Assembly: GCF_963921235.1 (NCBI RefSeq) | Contig: NC_086097.1 | Location: forward strand, 156,614,001 to 156,678,000 | Direction: 5' to 3' | Source of the DNA: Mobula hypostoma | Lineage: Eukaryota | Length of the DNA: 64,000 nucleotides | Shown: one piece after another, positions 34,378 through 46,845 of the stretch | Layout of the letters: each line of letters starts with the position of its first letter | Position numbering within the stretch: position 1 is the stretch's first letter | Program-made: the position numbers and the translations under genes | Notes under the pieces: model-generated | Told to the model about the DNA's origin: nothing | The model's database searches: none | Seen by the model: only the letters and a program-made list of their open reading frames with translations

Positions 34378-37060
34378 CTTGGAACATAGACTGCTCCACG
34401 TAGCTGACAAACAGGCAGGCATAACTGGGACCTATGTGAGTGCCCATGGCTACCCCTTTTGTTTGAAGGAAGTGGGAGGACACAAATGAGAAATTATTTC
34501 GAGTGAGGACAAGTTCTGGAGGATGGAGATGTGTAGGGACTGGACATGCATAGTAAAAACATGGAACAGTCTATGTTCCAAGCCTGCACTGATGAACCTC
34601 CTGCACTTTTAATACACTACATCGATAACTGCATTGGTGCTGCTTCCAGCACCCGTGCTGAACTTATCAATTTCATCCACTTTGCCTCAAGTTCATCTGG
34701 TCCACTTCCAGCACTTCCCTTCCCTTTCTTGGTCTCCGGAGACAGCTTATCCACCAATGTCTACTATAAACCAACGGACCCTTACAGCTACCTGGAGTAT
34801 ACTTCATCCCACCCTGCTACTTGTAAAAACTCAATTCCTCTGTCTCCACCACATCTGCTGTCAGGATGAGGCTTTGCCTTCTGGAATGAAGGAGATGTCC
34901 TCCGTTTTCAAAGAAAGGGACTTCCCTTCCTCCACCATCAACATGACCCTCAACCGTATCTCTTCAATTTCACACACATCTGCACTTACACCATCCTCCC
35001 GCCACGCTACCAGGGAAGTGGTTCCTCTTGTCCTCATCTACCACCCCACCAGCCTCCGCGTTCAGCACATAATTCTCCAAAACTTCCAGCACCACCAACT
35101 GGATCCCACCACCAAACACATCTTTCCCTCCCCCCCCCACCCCCATTTTCTGCTTTCCGCAGGGATCGTTCTTGTCATGGTCTGGTCCGTGAAGTCCGTA
35201 TTCTGGTTCACGGACTGGTCCATCGACCCCTTGCTCCAGGTTTTCCTGTCTACCCTGTTTCTGTTCTTGTTGAGCTCTAATTGAGGCAGCTGATGCTCGT
35301 TGGGGCTGGCTGCATAAATACCTTCAGAGACCAGGGCGTGGCTGCTGGATTGTTCTTGTCCTTATTCCTTGTATCCCCTCCTCTGCCTTCTGTTTCCTCG
35401 CCTGAAGCCTTGCCGGTAACTCTCGCCTCGCCTGAATTTCTCGTTTCGCCTTGCAATTCCTGAAGCCCTGCTTTGTCTTGCTGTCTTGTCCTGGAGCCAC
35501 CCCGTACCTAGCTCCCTTCCTGTCCCTTGCCTCCGTCGGGTAAGCCAGGCCGTCTTGCCATTACCTGCAGTTGGTTCTGTCCCTTCCTGTCCCTTGCCTC
35601 CGTCGGGTAAGCCAGGCCGTATTGCCGTTACCTACAGTTGGTTCTGTCCCTTCCTGTCCCTTGCCTCCGTCAGGTAAGCCAGGCCGTATTGCCGTTACCA
35701 ACGGTTGATTCTGTCCCTTCCTGTCCCTTGCCTCCGTCGGGTGGAGATCCGCGCCCTGCCCTGGAGGAACTTCCAGTCTCCTGCCTCCGGCCCCCTGCCT
35801 CGCCTTGCCTCAAGTATCAAGTCTCCAGCCTCCTGCCTAGCCTCAAGCCTGAAGACTCCAGCCTGCTGTCTAGCCTCAAGCCTGAAGACTTCAGCCTGCT
35901 GCCTCCTGCCAAGCCTCGCCTCAAGTCTCCTGCCTCCTGCCAAGCCTCGCCTCAAGTCTCTAGCCTCGTCCTGCCTGCCAGCCAAGCTTCATCCTTGCCT
36001 ATTTCTGGGGTCCGAGCCAGAGGCAAGACCCAGGTACTGGGTCCTTGTCCAGTCTCTGGCTCGGAGTCCAAGCCCGGGCTCCTAGCTCTCTTGTCCAGTC
36101 CTGTTCCGGGATCCCGGTTTTCATGTCCATGTCCTTGCCCTCACCCTGTATCCTAGTCCTGTCTCTAGTACTTCCGTGCCTGTGTCTTGCACTTGGGTCC
36201 ATTCCTAGCCACCGTCTTATGACAGTTCCCTACGTGACTCTCTCGTCCATTTGTCCCTCCCCACTGATCTCCCTCCTGGCACTTATCCTTTCAAGCAGAG
36301 CAAGTGCTACACCTGCCTCCTCACCTCCTTCCTCACTACCATTCAGGGCCCCAAATAGTCCTTCTAGGTGAGGCGACATTTCACCTGTGAGTCTGTTGAG
36401 GTCATATACTGTGTTTTGTGTTCCCGGTGTGACCTCTTGTCTTTCAGTGAGACCCAACGTAGATTCGGAGACTGCTTCACCGAGCATCTATGTTCCGTCC
36501 GCCAGAACAAGCAGATCTCCCCGTGGCCACCCATTTTAATTCCACTTCCCATTCCCATTCTGATAGGTCCATCCATTGGCTCCTCCACTGTCTGGAGAAG
36601 GCCACACTTCGGTTGGAAGAACAACACCTTATATTCCGTTTGGGTAGCTTCCAATCTGCTGGTATGAACATCAATTTCTCAAACTTCCAGTAATGTCTCC
36701 CCCTCCTTCACCATTTCCCATCCTCTTGTCCCTCTCTCATGTTATCTCCTTGCACACCCATCACATCCCTCTGGTGCTACTGACCCTTACTTTTTTCTGT
36801 GTCTTTCACTAATCAACTTCCAACCACTTTGCTTCCTCCCTCCCCCTCCAAGTTTTACCTATCACCTGCTGTTTCTTTTTACCCTACCCCCACCTTTAAA
36901 ATCTACTCCTCAGGTTTTTCCTCCGGTCCTGCTGAAGGGTTTTGGCCTGAAACATCGACTGTACTTTTTTCCACCAATTCTGTCTGGCCTGCTGAGTTCC
37001 TGCAGCATTTTGTGTGTGTTGCTCAGATTTCCAGCATCTGCTGATTTTCTTTTGTTTGTG
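34378..37060 (+). mobile_element. Degenerate Penelope-like element with inverted 5' segment, interrupted by a solo LTR
   Basis: Colinear with the 8241 copy from 34560; 34378-34559 is the upstream RT region in reverse; tail with hammerhead-like motif at ~36925-36961. Confidence 0.85.
35173..36224 (+). mobile_element. Solo LTR with internal tandem repeats
   Basis: TGTCA...TGACA; 5-bp TSD gttct/gttcc; TATA-like gcataaata ~35312; strand inferred from that motif. Confidence 0.85.
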
Positions 37061-37289
37061 ATTATCCTGCTCCAGTTCATGAGCAAACCATCCCACTATT
37101 CTGACTGCAATAAAAAAAGGAAATAAAGAAAGAAAGCTACCTGAAAAATCTACCTAGATACTCCACCTCTTTTCTCTGAATCCTCTATGAGCCAAAGCCT
37201 CAAGCTCCCCACTCTAACACTAGTCCACTCCAACAATGGACACTGTACTTAAAACTAACTTCTTTGTATTGGCATTTGCCAAGTTCCAC

Positions 37290-38855
37290 ACTCCCTGGAA
37301 GATAGTCCAGTGATCCAAATACCTGAAGCCCTCCCTCCTGCACCAACTCCTTAGTCATGTGTTAAACTGTATTATCTTCCTATTTCTGGCATCACTAGTA
37401 CATGGCTCGGGTAGCATTCCTGAGATCACCACCCTGGAGATTCTGTCCTTTAACTTAGCACCTAACTCCATGAAGTCATTTTGCAGCACCTCATCACCTT
37501 TTCAACTTGTGTCTCTGGTACCAACATGGACCTCTGTCTGCTTAATCTCTCACTTAAGAATGCTATGGACTTGATCCAGCATCTCTCTGACCCTGGCACC
37601 AGAGAGGCAACATATTGTAACATGCTGTAACGTTTCACTGCTGTGTAACATGTTGTAAGGTTTCACTGATAATGTAATGGTTTCTCGGTAGAAGCAATGT
37701 TTGGGTTATGACTAGAGATAACTGGGTTTGGAATGTTGTTGTTCTTTCTTGTGAGTCTGGAAGAGAGATTTTCATGGTTTTTGGTGAGCGAGAGAAGAGG
37801 AGAAGAAGGAAGGTGCGTGTGGAGAGAGCCAGACGAACACCGAAAGGAGTGGACCGGGTGCAAGTGTCCGAAGGTCAGTGATGCTCAGAGGAGGTCAATG
37901 GTTGATGATCTCTTATCAGTGAGCTCCAACATTGTACAACAGACTGTTTAATAAGATTGGGCCCTTTTTTCTTTTTTCGTTTTTTTACTAACCATATAGT
38001 CCAAGTAGGAATTATAAAGCTTCATCGCTTAATCGCATATTGTTTACTGTTTGTTATTTTGGGGTACTGATTTGTAACAGGGGATACATCGCACAGCATC
38101 CACCCAAACGAGATTTCTTAAGTTTGGCCAGGCTAGGGGCTATCACCCCCTGTATTAAGCCGCTAGATGAAGCAAGAGTTACAATACCATCTGGTAATTT
38201 TATTCTTGTCCATAGAACCTTCTGTCTGTTCCACAAACCAATGAATCCTGTATCATTACAGCTCACCTCTTCTCACCCCTTATTTTCTAAGCCAGACTCA
38301 AACTGAGTGCCAGAGACCTGATTGATTGCTGTGGATTTCATCTGCTTCATCATCCTCACAACAGTATCCAAAATGGAATGACAACAGGGCTACCCTGCAC
38401 TGGCTGCCTATCTTATTTCCCCCCGCTGATCAACCAGTTACCTGTGTCCTGAACCTTAGGTGTGTATACCTCCCTGTATCATCTGTCAATCAACCCCTCA
38501 GCCTACCAAATGATCCAGCTCCAGCTCCACTACCCTAACATGGCCTCTAAGAAGATTCAGCTGTATGCATTCCTTGCAGGTGTCGTTGTCGGGACCACTG
38601 GAGGACTCCCTGCCTTCCCATATCCTGCAAAAGGAGTATTCCACTGCCCTGTTAGATATTCCCACTGCTCTAGCTGTGCAATAAAAAAGAAGGAAAAAAA
38701 GAAAAAAAAAAAGCTACCTGAATAATCTACCTAGACCCTTCATATCTTTTTGTTGAATCCTCTATAAGCCAAAGCCTCAAGCTCCCCATTCTAACATTGG
38801 TCCACTCCAACAATGACCACTCCACTTAGAACTTGTTTGTTTTGGCATTTGCCTA
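37290..38855 (-). mobile_element. Degenerate CR1 5' UTR + ORF1, interrupted by a solo LTR
   Basis: Reverse complement of RVVISGML, HVGTRD, CLSGARVRE relics; 5' UTR block at ~38670-38855 repeated at ~37100-37285. Confidence 0.7.
37616..38183. mobile_element. Solo LTR
   Basis: TGTAAC...GTTACA; 4-bp TSD atat/atac; interrupts the CR1 sequence gaggcaac|ataccatctgg. Confidence 0.8.
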
Positions 38856-39829
38856 ATTAACATTGGTATTGGTCATTGGTATGCAGAATGTCCCAGCTGG
38901 CAGCACTTGCCTTTTCAAATTTCACTTCCACTACGCATAACATGAAGGCTCCTCGCAATCTGTGGCACACAGATAGGTTCTTGATTAGCAAGGGCATCAA
39001 ATGTTATGGGGAGAATGCAGGAGAATAGGGCTAAGAGGGAAAGTAAATCAGCCATGATCGAATAACATAGCAGACTTGATGGCTCGGATAGACTAATTCT
39101 GCTCCTACGTCTTATGGTCTTATTGAAGAATATATATCTTCTTTTGGGCATAATAGTTAAAAGAATTATTATTCTGTGTTCACAAATATAATTTCAAAGA
39201 TTTACATCACAGCCAAGAACAAACACAGTAGAATAATTATGTTCTGTCAAATTGACAGAGTTAGGTGTCTCTTCTTGAGTAAACACTGGACATTAAGCAA
39301 GAGCTCTCATATTTGGGCCTTACATGTACTGCATATATTCTTTCTATTAAACTGAATGTAAATACAATTGGAAGAACAAAATGTGAAACCTCCTAAGCTC
39401 TGAAGTTATTTTGTTTCTGATATATCAAGGCTTCTTTTACATGATAATAGTATATAAGATTTTGAGAGCCTGAGGAAGGTAGAAGAATGACAAAAGAAAC
39501 ATAAAAATTAAGAATTAATGGTTTTAAGATGTAGGGAAGGTGTTTTAAAGGGAATCTGAGAGGTTAGTGAATTGAACTCAGTCCAGAGGAAGTGGTAGAA
39601 CCATATATAATTATTATGTTTAAGAGGCATTTAGACAGACAATAATAGCCAAGCGAAAAGGACACAGTAATAGAGGGAACAAATGTGACTAGTATCAATG
39701 GGCAAAAAGGTCAGCATGGGCATGTGTGGGCCAAATGACATGCCTCTCTGCTGTACAACTCCATGAATACCAATTGAAATCCACAGCCCGGTAGAAGAAA
39801 AGCAGAACACCCATGGGAATGCGATCAAT

Positions 39830-42800
39830 AGGCAACTTTCCTGTCACATCACTGGCTATCCTGCCATACCACCGAGTATTCTGTTTTGGATTCTGCTTTG
39901 GGGGATGACCTTCCAGGGGAATGCCACAGAGACCAGGTTACAGGCACTGAGCATGGGCTTGTGGTGCAGAAGAGGAAGAGGGAGAAGAGGGGAGCGGTAC
40001 AGATAGGGGACTCAATAGTCAGGGGAACTGATAGGAGGTTCTGTTGACATGAACAGGTCACCCAAATGGTATGTTGCCTCCCAGGTGCCAGGGTTAGGTA
40101 CGCCTCGGATCATGTCCACAGCATTTTGAAAGGGGAGAGAAAGCAGCTTGATGTCTTGGTACATATTGGTACCACTGACATGGGAAGGAAAAGCAAAGAA
40201 GTCCTGAAAATAGAATTTTGAGAGCTAGGCAGAAAGCTGCAAAGCAGAACCTCCTGGGTAGTAATTTTTGGACTGTTGCTTGTGCAACGTGCCAGTGAGG
40301 GTGGAAACAGGATAATTTGGTAGATTAGTGCATGCTCAGAAGCTGGTGCAGAGGGCAGGGCTTCACATTCTTGGATCATTGTGTCATAAGGGGGATATTG
40401 GGAACAGACCTAAAAGCAAGATACAGACACTGAAGTACTAGAAACAGTACTGGACAAAGCTGAAGGACGGGACAGGTTGCAGACTAGGCTAGGGAAGCAG
40501 GACTAGGACAGGGGACTGGGAACAAGGAGCCTGGGCATGGACTCCGAGCCAGAGACTGGACAAGGACCCGGAACCTGGGTCTTGACTTGGGCTCGGACCC
40601 CAAAACCAGGTGAAGACATGACGAGGCTTGGGTTCTTGGAGACCAGGCGAAGACATGACGAGGCTTGGGTTCTTGGAGACCAGGCGAAGACGTGATGAGG
40701 CTTGGGTTCTTGGAGGCTAGACGAGGACATGACAGGGCAAGGGTACTATGAAGCAACTCTTGGGAAGGATGCAGGACTCCTGGGCAGGACGCGGGACTCT
40801 ACCCCACTGAGACAAGGACAGGGAGGGACAGACTCAACCACAGGGTAATGACCAATGGCCTGGCTTACCCGACGGAGGCAAGGGACAGGAAGGGACAGAA
40901 CCAACCGCAGGGTAATGGCAAATGGCCTGGCTTGCCCAACAGAGGCAAGGGACAGGAAGGGAGCTAGGTCCGGGTTGGCTCCAAGACTCAAGGAGGCCGG
41001 TAACCTTGGCGGGCTACAGAACAGCCAAATCCATATCTCGATGACTGCACTAGCCTTCCACCAGTGGGTTGCTCCAAGGGGAGACTGACAAGACAACCCA
41101 GCATCCACGCTCAATCCCAGGGCCACTTATATTCCCAGCCCCAAGATGAGCATCAGGTGCTTATGGTTAAGTCCAACCGAAACCAGGGACAGCCGGAAGA
41201 CCCGGAGTCCGGAGACTGCGGACCGGACCGTGAACCAGAATGCAGACTTTGGACCGGATCATGACACATTGGGATCTTACTCTGGGTGGGTATGACCTGT
41301 AAAAAGTGATGGGTTGCAGCTGAACTCAAGAAGGATAATATTCTCACGGGCAGGTTTGTTAGTGCTGTTAGGGAGAGTTTAAACTAATTTGGCAGAGTGG
41401 TGGTTACCGGAGTGAAGGGACTCAGGATAAGACAGATAGTAAAAAAAGAGATAGCGTGCAGTCAGACTGGCAGGAAGGGCAGGCAGATGATAGGACAAAA
41501 TTACTGCCAGCAGGCTGAGTATCAGTGCATTAGGGATGCAGAATCAAAAAGGGTAGCCAAAGTGTTATATCTCAATGCATGGAGTATAAGAAATCAGGCG
41601 GATGATCTTGCTGCACTATTACAGATTGTCAAGTATGATGTTGTGACTATCAGTGAATTGCAGCTGAAAGATGGTTGTAGTTGGGAGCTGAATGTCCAAG
41701 GTTACAATGTTGTATCAGAGGGATAGGACAATAGGCAGAGGGAGTGGCATGGCTCTGCTGGTAAATAATAGCATCAAATTAGTAGAAAGATGTCACATAG
41801 GATCGGAGGATGTTGAATCCCTGTGGGTTGAGTTAAGAAAATGCAATGGTATAAAGACCGTGGTGGCAGTTATATTCAAGTCTCCCGACAGTAGAAGGAA
41901 AGTGAACCATAGATTACAATGGGAAATAGAAAATGCATGTTAAAAGGGCAATGTTATGATAGTCATGGGAGATTTCAATATGCAGATCAATTGGGAAAAT
42001 GAGGTTGGTAATGGATCTCATGACAGTGAGTTTGTTGAATGCTTGTGAGATAGATTTTTAGAACTGTTTGTCACTGAGCTTACTAGGGGTCCAGCTATAC
42101 TGGATTGTATGTTACGTAATGAACCAGAGGTGATTAGGGAGCTTAAGGTGAAAGAGCCCTCAGGATGCACTGATCACAATATGATTGAGTTCAACTTGGA
42201 ATTTGATAGGGAGAAAGTAAAGTCTGACATAGCAGTATTTCAGTGGAGTAAAGGAAACTACAGTGGTATGAGAGAGGAGTTGGCCAAAGTAACTTAGAAG
42301 GAGCTGCTGGCATGGATGACAGCAGAGTAGCAATGGCATGAGTTTCCAGGAAAAATGAGGAAGGTGCAGGATAAATGTGTTCCAAACATGAAGGAAAACT
42401 CAAATAGCAATATAGTACAAACAAGGCTGATAAGGGAAGTCAAATCTAATATAAAAGCATAAGAGAGAGCATACAATTAGCAAAAAGCAAAAATTAGCAG
42501 AAAGATAGAGGTTTGAGAAGCTTTTAACAACCTACTGAGAGCAACTAAAAGGATCATTAAGACGGAAAAGATGAAATACGAAAGCAAGCTATCAAATAAT
42601 ATCAAAGCGGACAGTAAAAGCTTTTTCAAGTATGTAAAATATAATAAAAGAGATGAGAGTGGATATAGGACTACTACAAAATGAAGTTGAAGAAATAATA
42701 ATGGAGGGCAAGGAGATGACAAATGAACTAAATTAGTATTTTGAATTAGTCTTCACTGTGGAATGGACTAGCAATGTACCAGTAGTTGAAGGGTGTGAGG

Positions 42801-44200
42801 GAAGAGAAGTGAGCACAGTTACTTTTACAAGGGAGAAGGTGCTCAAAAAGCTAAAACAGTCAATTGTTAAGGATGAGGTTATGGAGTACTTGCTGACATA
42901 GGACAAGATAGGACAGAGTCAGCATGGATTCCTTAAGAGAAGTACTTGCCTGGCAAATCTATTGGAATTCTTTGAGGAGATTACAAGTAGAAAAGATAAA
43001 GGGGATGCAGTGGATGTTGTATATTTGGACTTTCAGAAGGCCTTTGACAAGGTGCCATACTTAAGGCTGCTTACCAAGTTTAGAGCCCATGGTATTACAG
43101 GACAGTTACTGGCATGGTTGGAACATATGCTGATTGGTAAGAGGTAGTGAGTGGGAATAAAAGGATCCTTTTCTGGTTGGCTGCCGGTGACTGGTGGTGT
43201 TCTGCAGGGTTCGGTTTTGGGATCGCTTTTTATATACTGTATATCAATAATTTAGATGGTGGAATAAATGGTTTTGTTGCCAATTTTGCAGATGATGCGA
43301 AGATTGGTGGAGGGGAAGGTAGTGTTTAGGAGAAAGGTAGGCTGCAGAAGGACTTAGACCGATTAAGAAAATGGGCAAGAAAGTGGCAAATGGAATACAA
43401 TGTTGGAAAATGTGTGGTCAGACACTTTGGTCGTAGACATAAATGTTCAGACTATTTTCTAAACAGGGAGAAAATCCAAAAACCTGAGATTCAAAGGGAT
43501 TTGGGAGTCCTGTGCAGAATACCCTAAAGGTTAGCTTGCGGGTAGAGTCGGAGGTAAAGAAGACAAATGCAATGTTAGCATTCGTTTGAAGATGTCCAGA
43601 ATGCAAGAAAATGGGTGTGATGCTAAGGATTTATATGGTACTGGTGAGGCCTCATCTTGTGAACAGTTTTGAGCTCCTAATGCTAAGAAAAAATGTGCTG
43701 GTATTTTAGACGGTTCAGAGAAAGTTCACAAGGATGATTCTGGGAATGAAAGGTTCATCATATGTGGAATGTTTGAAGGCTTTGTGCTTGTATTCGCTGG
43801 AATTCAGAAAGATGAGGGAGGATCTCATTGAAACCTTTTGAATATTGAAAGGCCTAGACAGAGTAGATTTGGAAACATGTGGAGGAGTTTAGAACAAGAG
43901 GGCACAGCCTCAGTATAGAGGGCAATCCATTTAAAAGAGAGATGTAGGGAAATTTCTTTAGCCAGAGGATGGTGAATTTGTGGAATTTGTTACCATAGGG
44001 TGCTGTGGAGGTCAGGACATTGGGTGAATTTAAGGCAGAGCTTGATAGGTTCTTGATTGGACACAGCATCAAAGGTTACGGGGAGAAGGCCGGGGAGTGG
44101 GGTGGGGGGGGGAGGGAGAAAGGATCAGCCTTGATTGAATGGCAGACTCAAAGGGCTGAATGGCCTAATTCTGCTCCTATGTCTTATGGTCTTATGGTGT
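39830..44200 (+). mobile_element. Degenerate near-full-length CR1 with internal deletion, interrupted by a solo LTR
   Basis: ORF1 relic (IGDSIVRG, HIGTTD), TTTAAAC-TAA at 41378-41387, APE and RT relics, tail tcttatggtcttatgg. Confidence 0.88.
40382..41266 (-). mobile_element. Solo LTR, same family as 35173-36224, opposite orientation
   Basis: TGTCA...TGACA; exact 5-bp TSD CATTG (40377-81, 41267-71); ~38-bp unit repeated about three times at ~40605-40720. Confidence 0.9.
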
Positions 44201-44530
44201 ATTTAATGTTTCAGTAATATTTGAGTAGTATTATAAATATATTGTTCGACTAAGCATTCTTTGTTGTTATACTCTGTATAAAGGAATGTCAATGGCATTT
44301 GTCATTACGCCACCAGATCATATGTGTGTGCCTCACTAAAGAAATACTACGCATACATGAGCTATCCCCTTCTTCTATGTTTTTCTTTCAATTAGTGTTT
44401 CGAATTATAATACATAATAATCTTTTGCACCAGTTTTTTTATATAACTGTGTAACCCCAGTTTTTTTCAGTTACATAACAACAACTTTTCATGCACAGGT
44501 AGGTAATTTTGTCAGTTGTACTGATTACCA
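44199..44530. repeat. Dispersed AT-rich repeat, copy 1 (copy 2 at ~56817-57172)
   Basis: Shared blocks atgtttcagtaatat, taagcattcttt, cctcactaaag, gagctatccc, ataacaacaacttttcatgcacag, ttgtactgattacca. Confidence 0.75.
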
Positions 44531-45825
44531 TGTCTTATGTCTTATGGTCTTATCCTGACTTGAGAATATTTTACTGTTCCTTCATCAATGCTGTGTCCAA
44601 ATGCAGCAACTCCCTGCCCATTAGCACTGTTACTAGCAGCTAATGAGTGATAGTGGCTCCAGAAAGTGGCTCAGCGTAATCTTCTCAAGAACAATTAGCA
44701 AAGTATTATAAATGCTGACCTTGTCAGCAATAGCCACTTGCTTTAAATGAAAAAAATCAAACAAATTTATAAAATATGCAAATAAAATAAAATTTATATT
44801 TCTTTATTACCAAGATTGATTTTTCTGCAAGTGATTCAACATGCCTTCAGGCCCTGCCAAGGATAAGATTTGGAGATTCGCTTGGATATTAAAATCTACA
44901 CAAAGATGTTTTGCAACCTCAGCTTTCCAGTCTCAGGAGTATGAGAAATGGACTTATCAGAAACACAGCCAGAATCTGACAGAACTAATGGACATTATTC
45001 AGCCCATCATTTTTGTGCTGGCTCTTTGAAAGAGTTATTCAATTAATTCTACTCTGAATGCACATATATGTGGAATATCTAACATTGAAATCCATCGTTA
45101 AAGGTTATGTAATTGAATTCCACTACCTAAGCGTGGGCATGAAGATAAAACCACTATGGAGTTATAACATGGGATAACTTACTCAGCCCTAAATGTAATT
45201 ATGTGTCACAATTCTCTCTAAAATGTTTTTTTCTCATATTCTCTCCCACAAGAGCATATCTCTTTACATACAGTATAAGGATGTACAACATCTATTTTTG
45301 CACAAAGATTCAAGTGCTTTCCCACAGAGAGCCCATGGCATTATTAAGTGCAGAACATATCAAGGTTTGAGTTAGGGGAAAATATAAGATTATGGGAAGC
45401 AAAAGAAGCTCTGAAATTTTCAATTATTATGAAAATGAGTTCATGCATTTGTAAATGACTACTGAGATACAAATTTTGCAGAGCCTCTGATGAAAAACAA
45501 TTTTCACCCTGCTCACCCTTTTGGAAACCCATAGTCAAGAAGATCAATCATCACATTGGTTTATCCATATACAAATAAGGCAATTTGGACTGTCAGCCAG
45601 GTTATTAATACAATCCAGCTCATTATGGATGCTGTATTTCCTATTAAATTTCTGGTCAGATGGATGTTTGTTGAATAATCCTCAAAGACTGCTGTTGATA
45701 TTTATACAAATGTTCATCAATCATCATTTATTAATACAATAGCTTTCATTTTTATAATGCCTTTCATGCTCTTGAGCAGTTCAAAGCACATAAGAAATAA
45801 CAGATGATATTTGAAGTGAAGCAAC

Positions 45826-46672
45826 TGTTACGTACCCCGTAACTGGGTTGCCAAACCAGCAGAAATGGATCACTCAGTTGGAGTCTGGAGTACTAGAACT
45901 AAGAAAGTTTTATTAAAGAAACAAGCAACACAGTAATCGAAAGGATAATGAATGCAACAGTTCAGCGATGATAAACACACATGTGCACAGAATTAAGATA
46001 ACAGCATCAATCAAGCTCTATCGTTGTCTCGGGGTAAATGACCAAATTTCAAAGTGACTCAAAGTTCAGTCCAGTTTAGTAGTTCAGTTCGCAGTAATCG
46101 TTGCCATGGCGATGGACAACGTGGGGGAAGAGAGAGATAGAACAGGAACAACTGATCATTCAGACACTGCTTCACTCACAGACCGGCGAGATGGCTCACA
46201 AGCAGCTTTTGGGCGGGTCCTTGGTGATGTCACCTGAGGTCACCGACTGTGACCCCTCCTCCAGATGCGGTCGATCCTCTGCAGTGAACCCGGCACCCAG
46301 GCAAGGGCGGACACACACCGGGTTCCCGCTGATCATACCTTTCCACCCTGTGCGTTGTCCGATACTTCTCACCAACTCGTGAGAGGCGTACCGCTTCCAG
46401 GGTCTCGTTACCTCGGGTGGCGTGTGTGTCTGCCTTAGTGAACCGGTCCCTTTTTATCCCCCTGCTGGGGTATCACCTGTCCATCACTTCAAACAGTTCA
46501 AGGTTCAAAGGGGGGAGCCGCTCCAGACAACTCTCTCTCCCACATCTCCAGACACTGCTCCATTGTTCCTTATCTCTCCTTCCCCTGAGGGCAGGTGGCA
46601 GACCACTTGCTGATGTCACTGATGCTAACCCAGGCCAGCAAACATCTTAATTTTATGTGTATTCTCGTCACA
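45826..46672 (-). repeat. 3' LTR (847 bp)
   Basis: Direct repeat of 49815-50676; minus-strand AATAAA at 45909-45914. Confidence 0.95.
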
Positions 46673-46684
46673 CTTCCCCCCTTT
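46673..46684 (-). other. Polypurine tract
   Basis: AAAGGGGGGAAG on the minus strand abutting the 3' LTR. Confidence 0.85.
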
Positions 46685-46845
46685 AAGGATTTTTACCGGG
46701 AGGTAAAAATTACAAACATGAATACATTATTTGATACACACACAAATATACATCTTTATCAGCTATTTGGCTAATACAGAGAATTTGAAGCTGTCAACAC
46801 CTTGACAGACAGTCATCACATTTTCTGTTCCTTTTACACGTGCTA

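Noticed and set aside
35500..35740. Regularly spaced repeats resembling a CRISPR array
   Set aside because: Head-to-tail tandem units with no unique spacers, eukaryotic context, no cas genes
35281..36371. Cluster of Pro/Ser/Leu-rich ORFs
   Set aside because: Arise from tandem repeats inside a solo LTR; low complexity
46101..46650. ORFs duplicated at 50090-50654
   Set aside because: Lie within the LTRs on the antisense strand; duplication simply reflects the LTR pair
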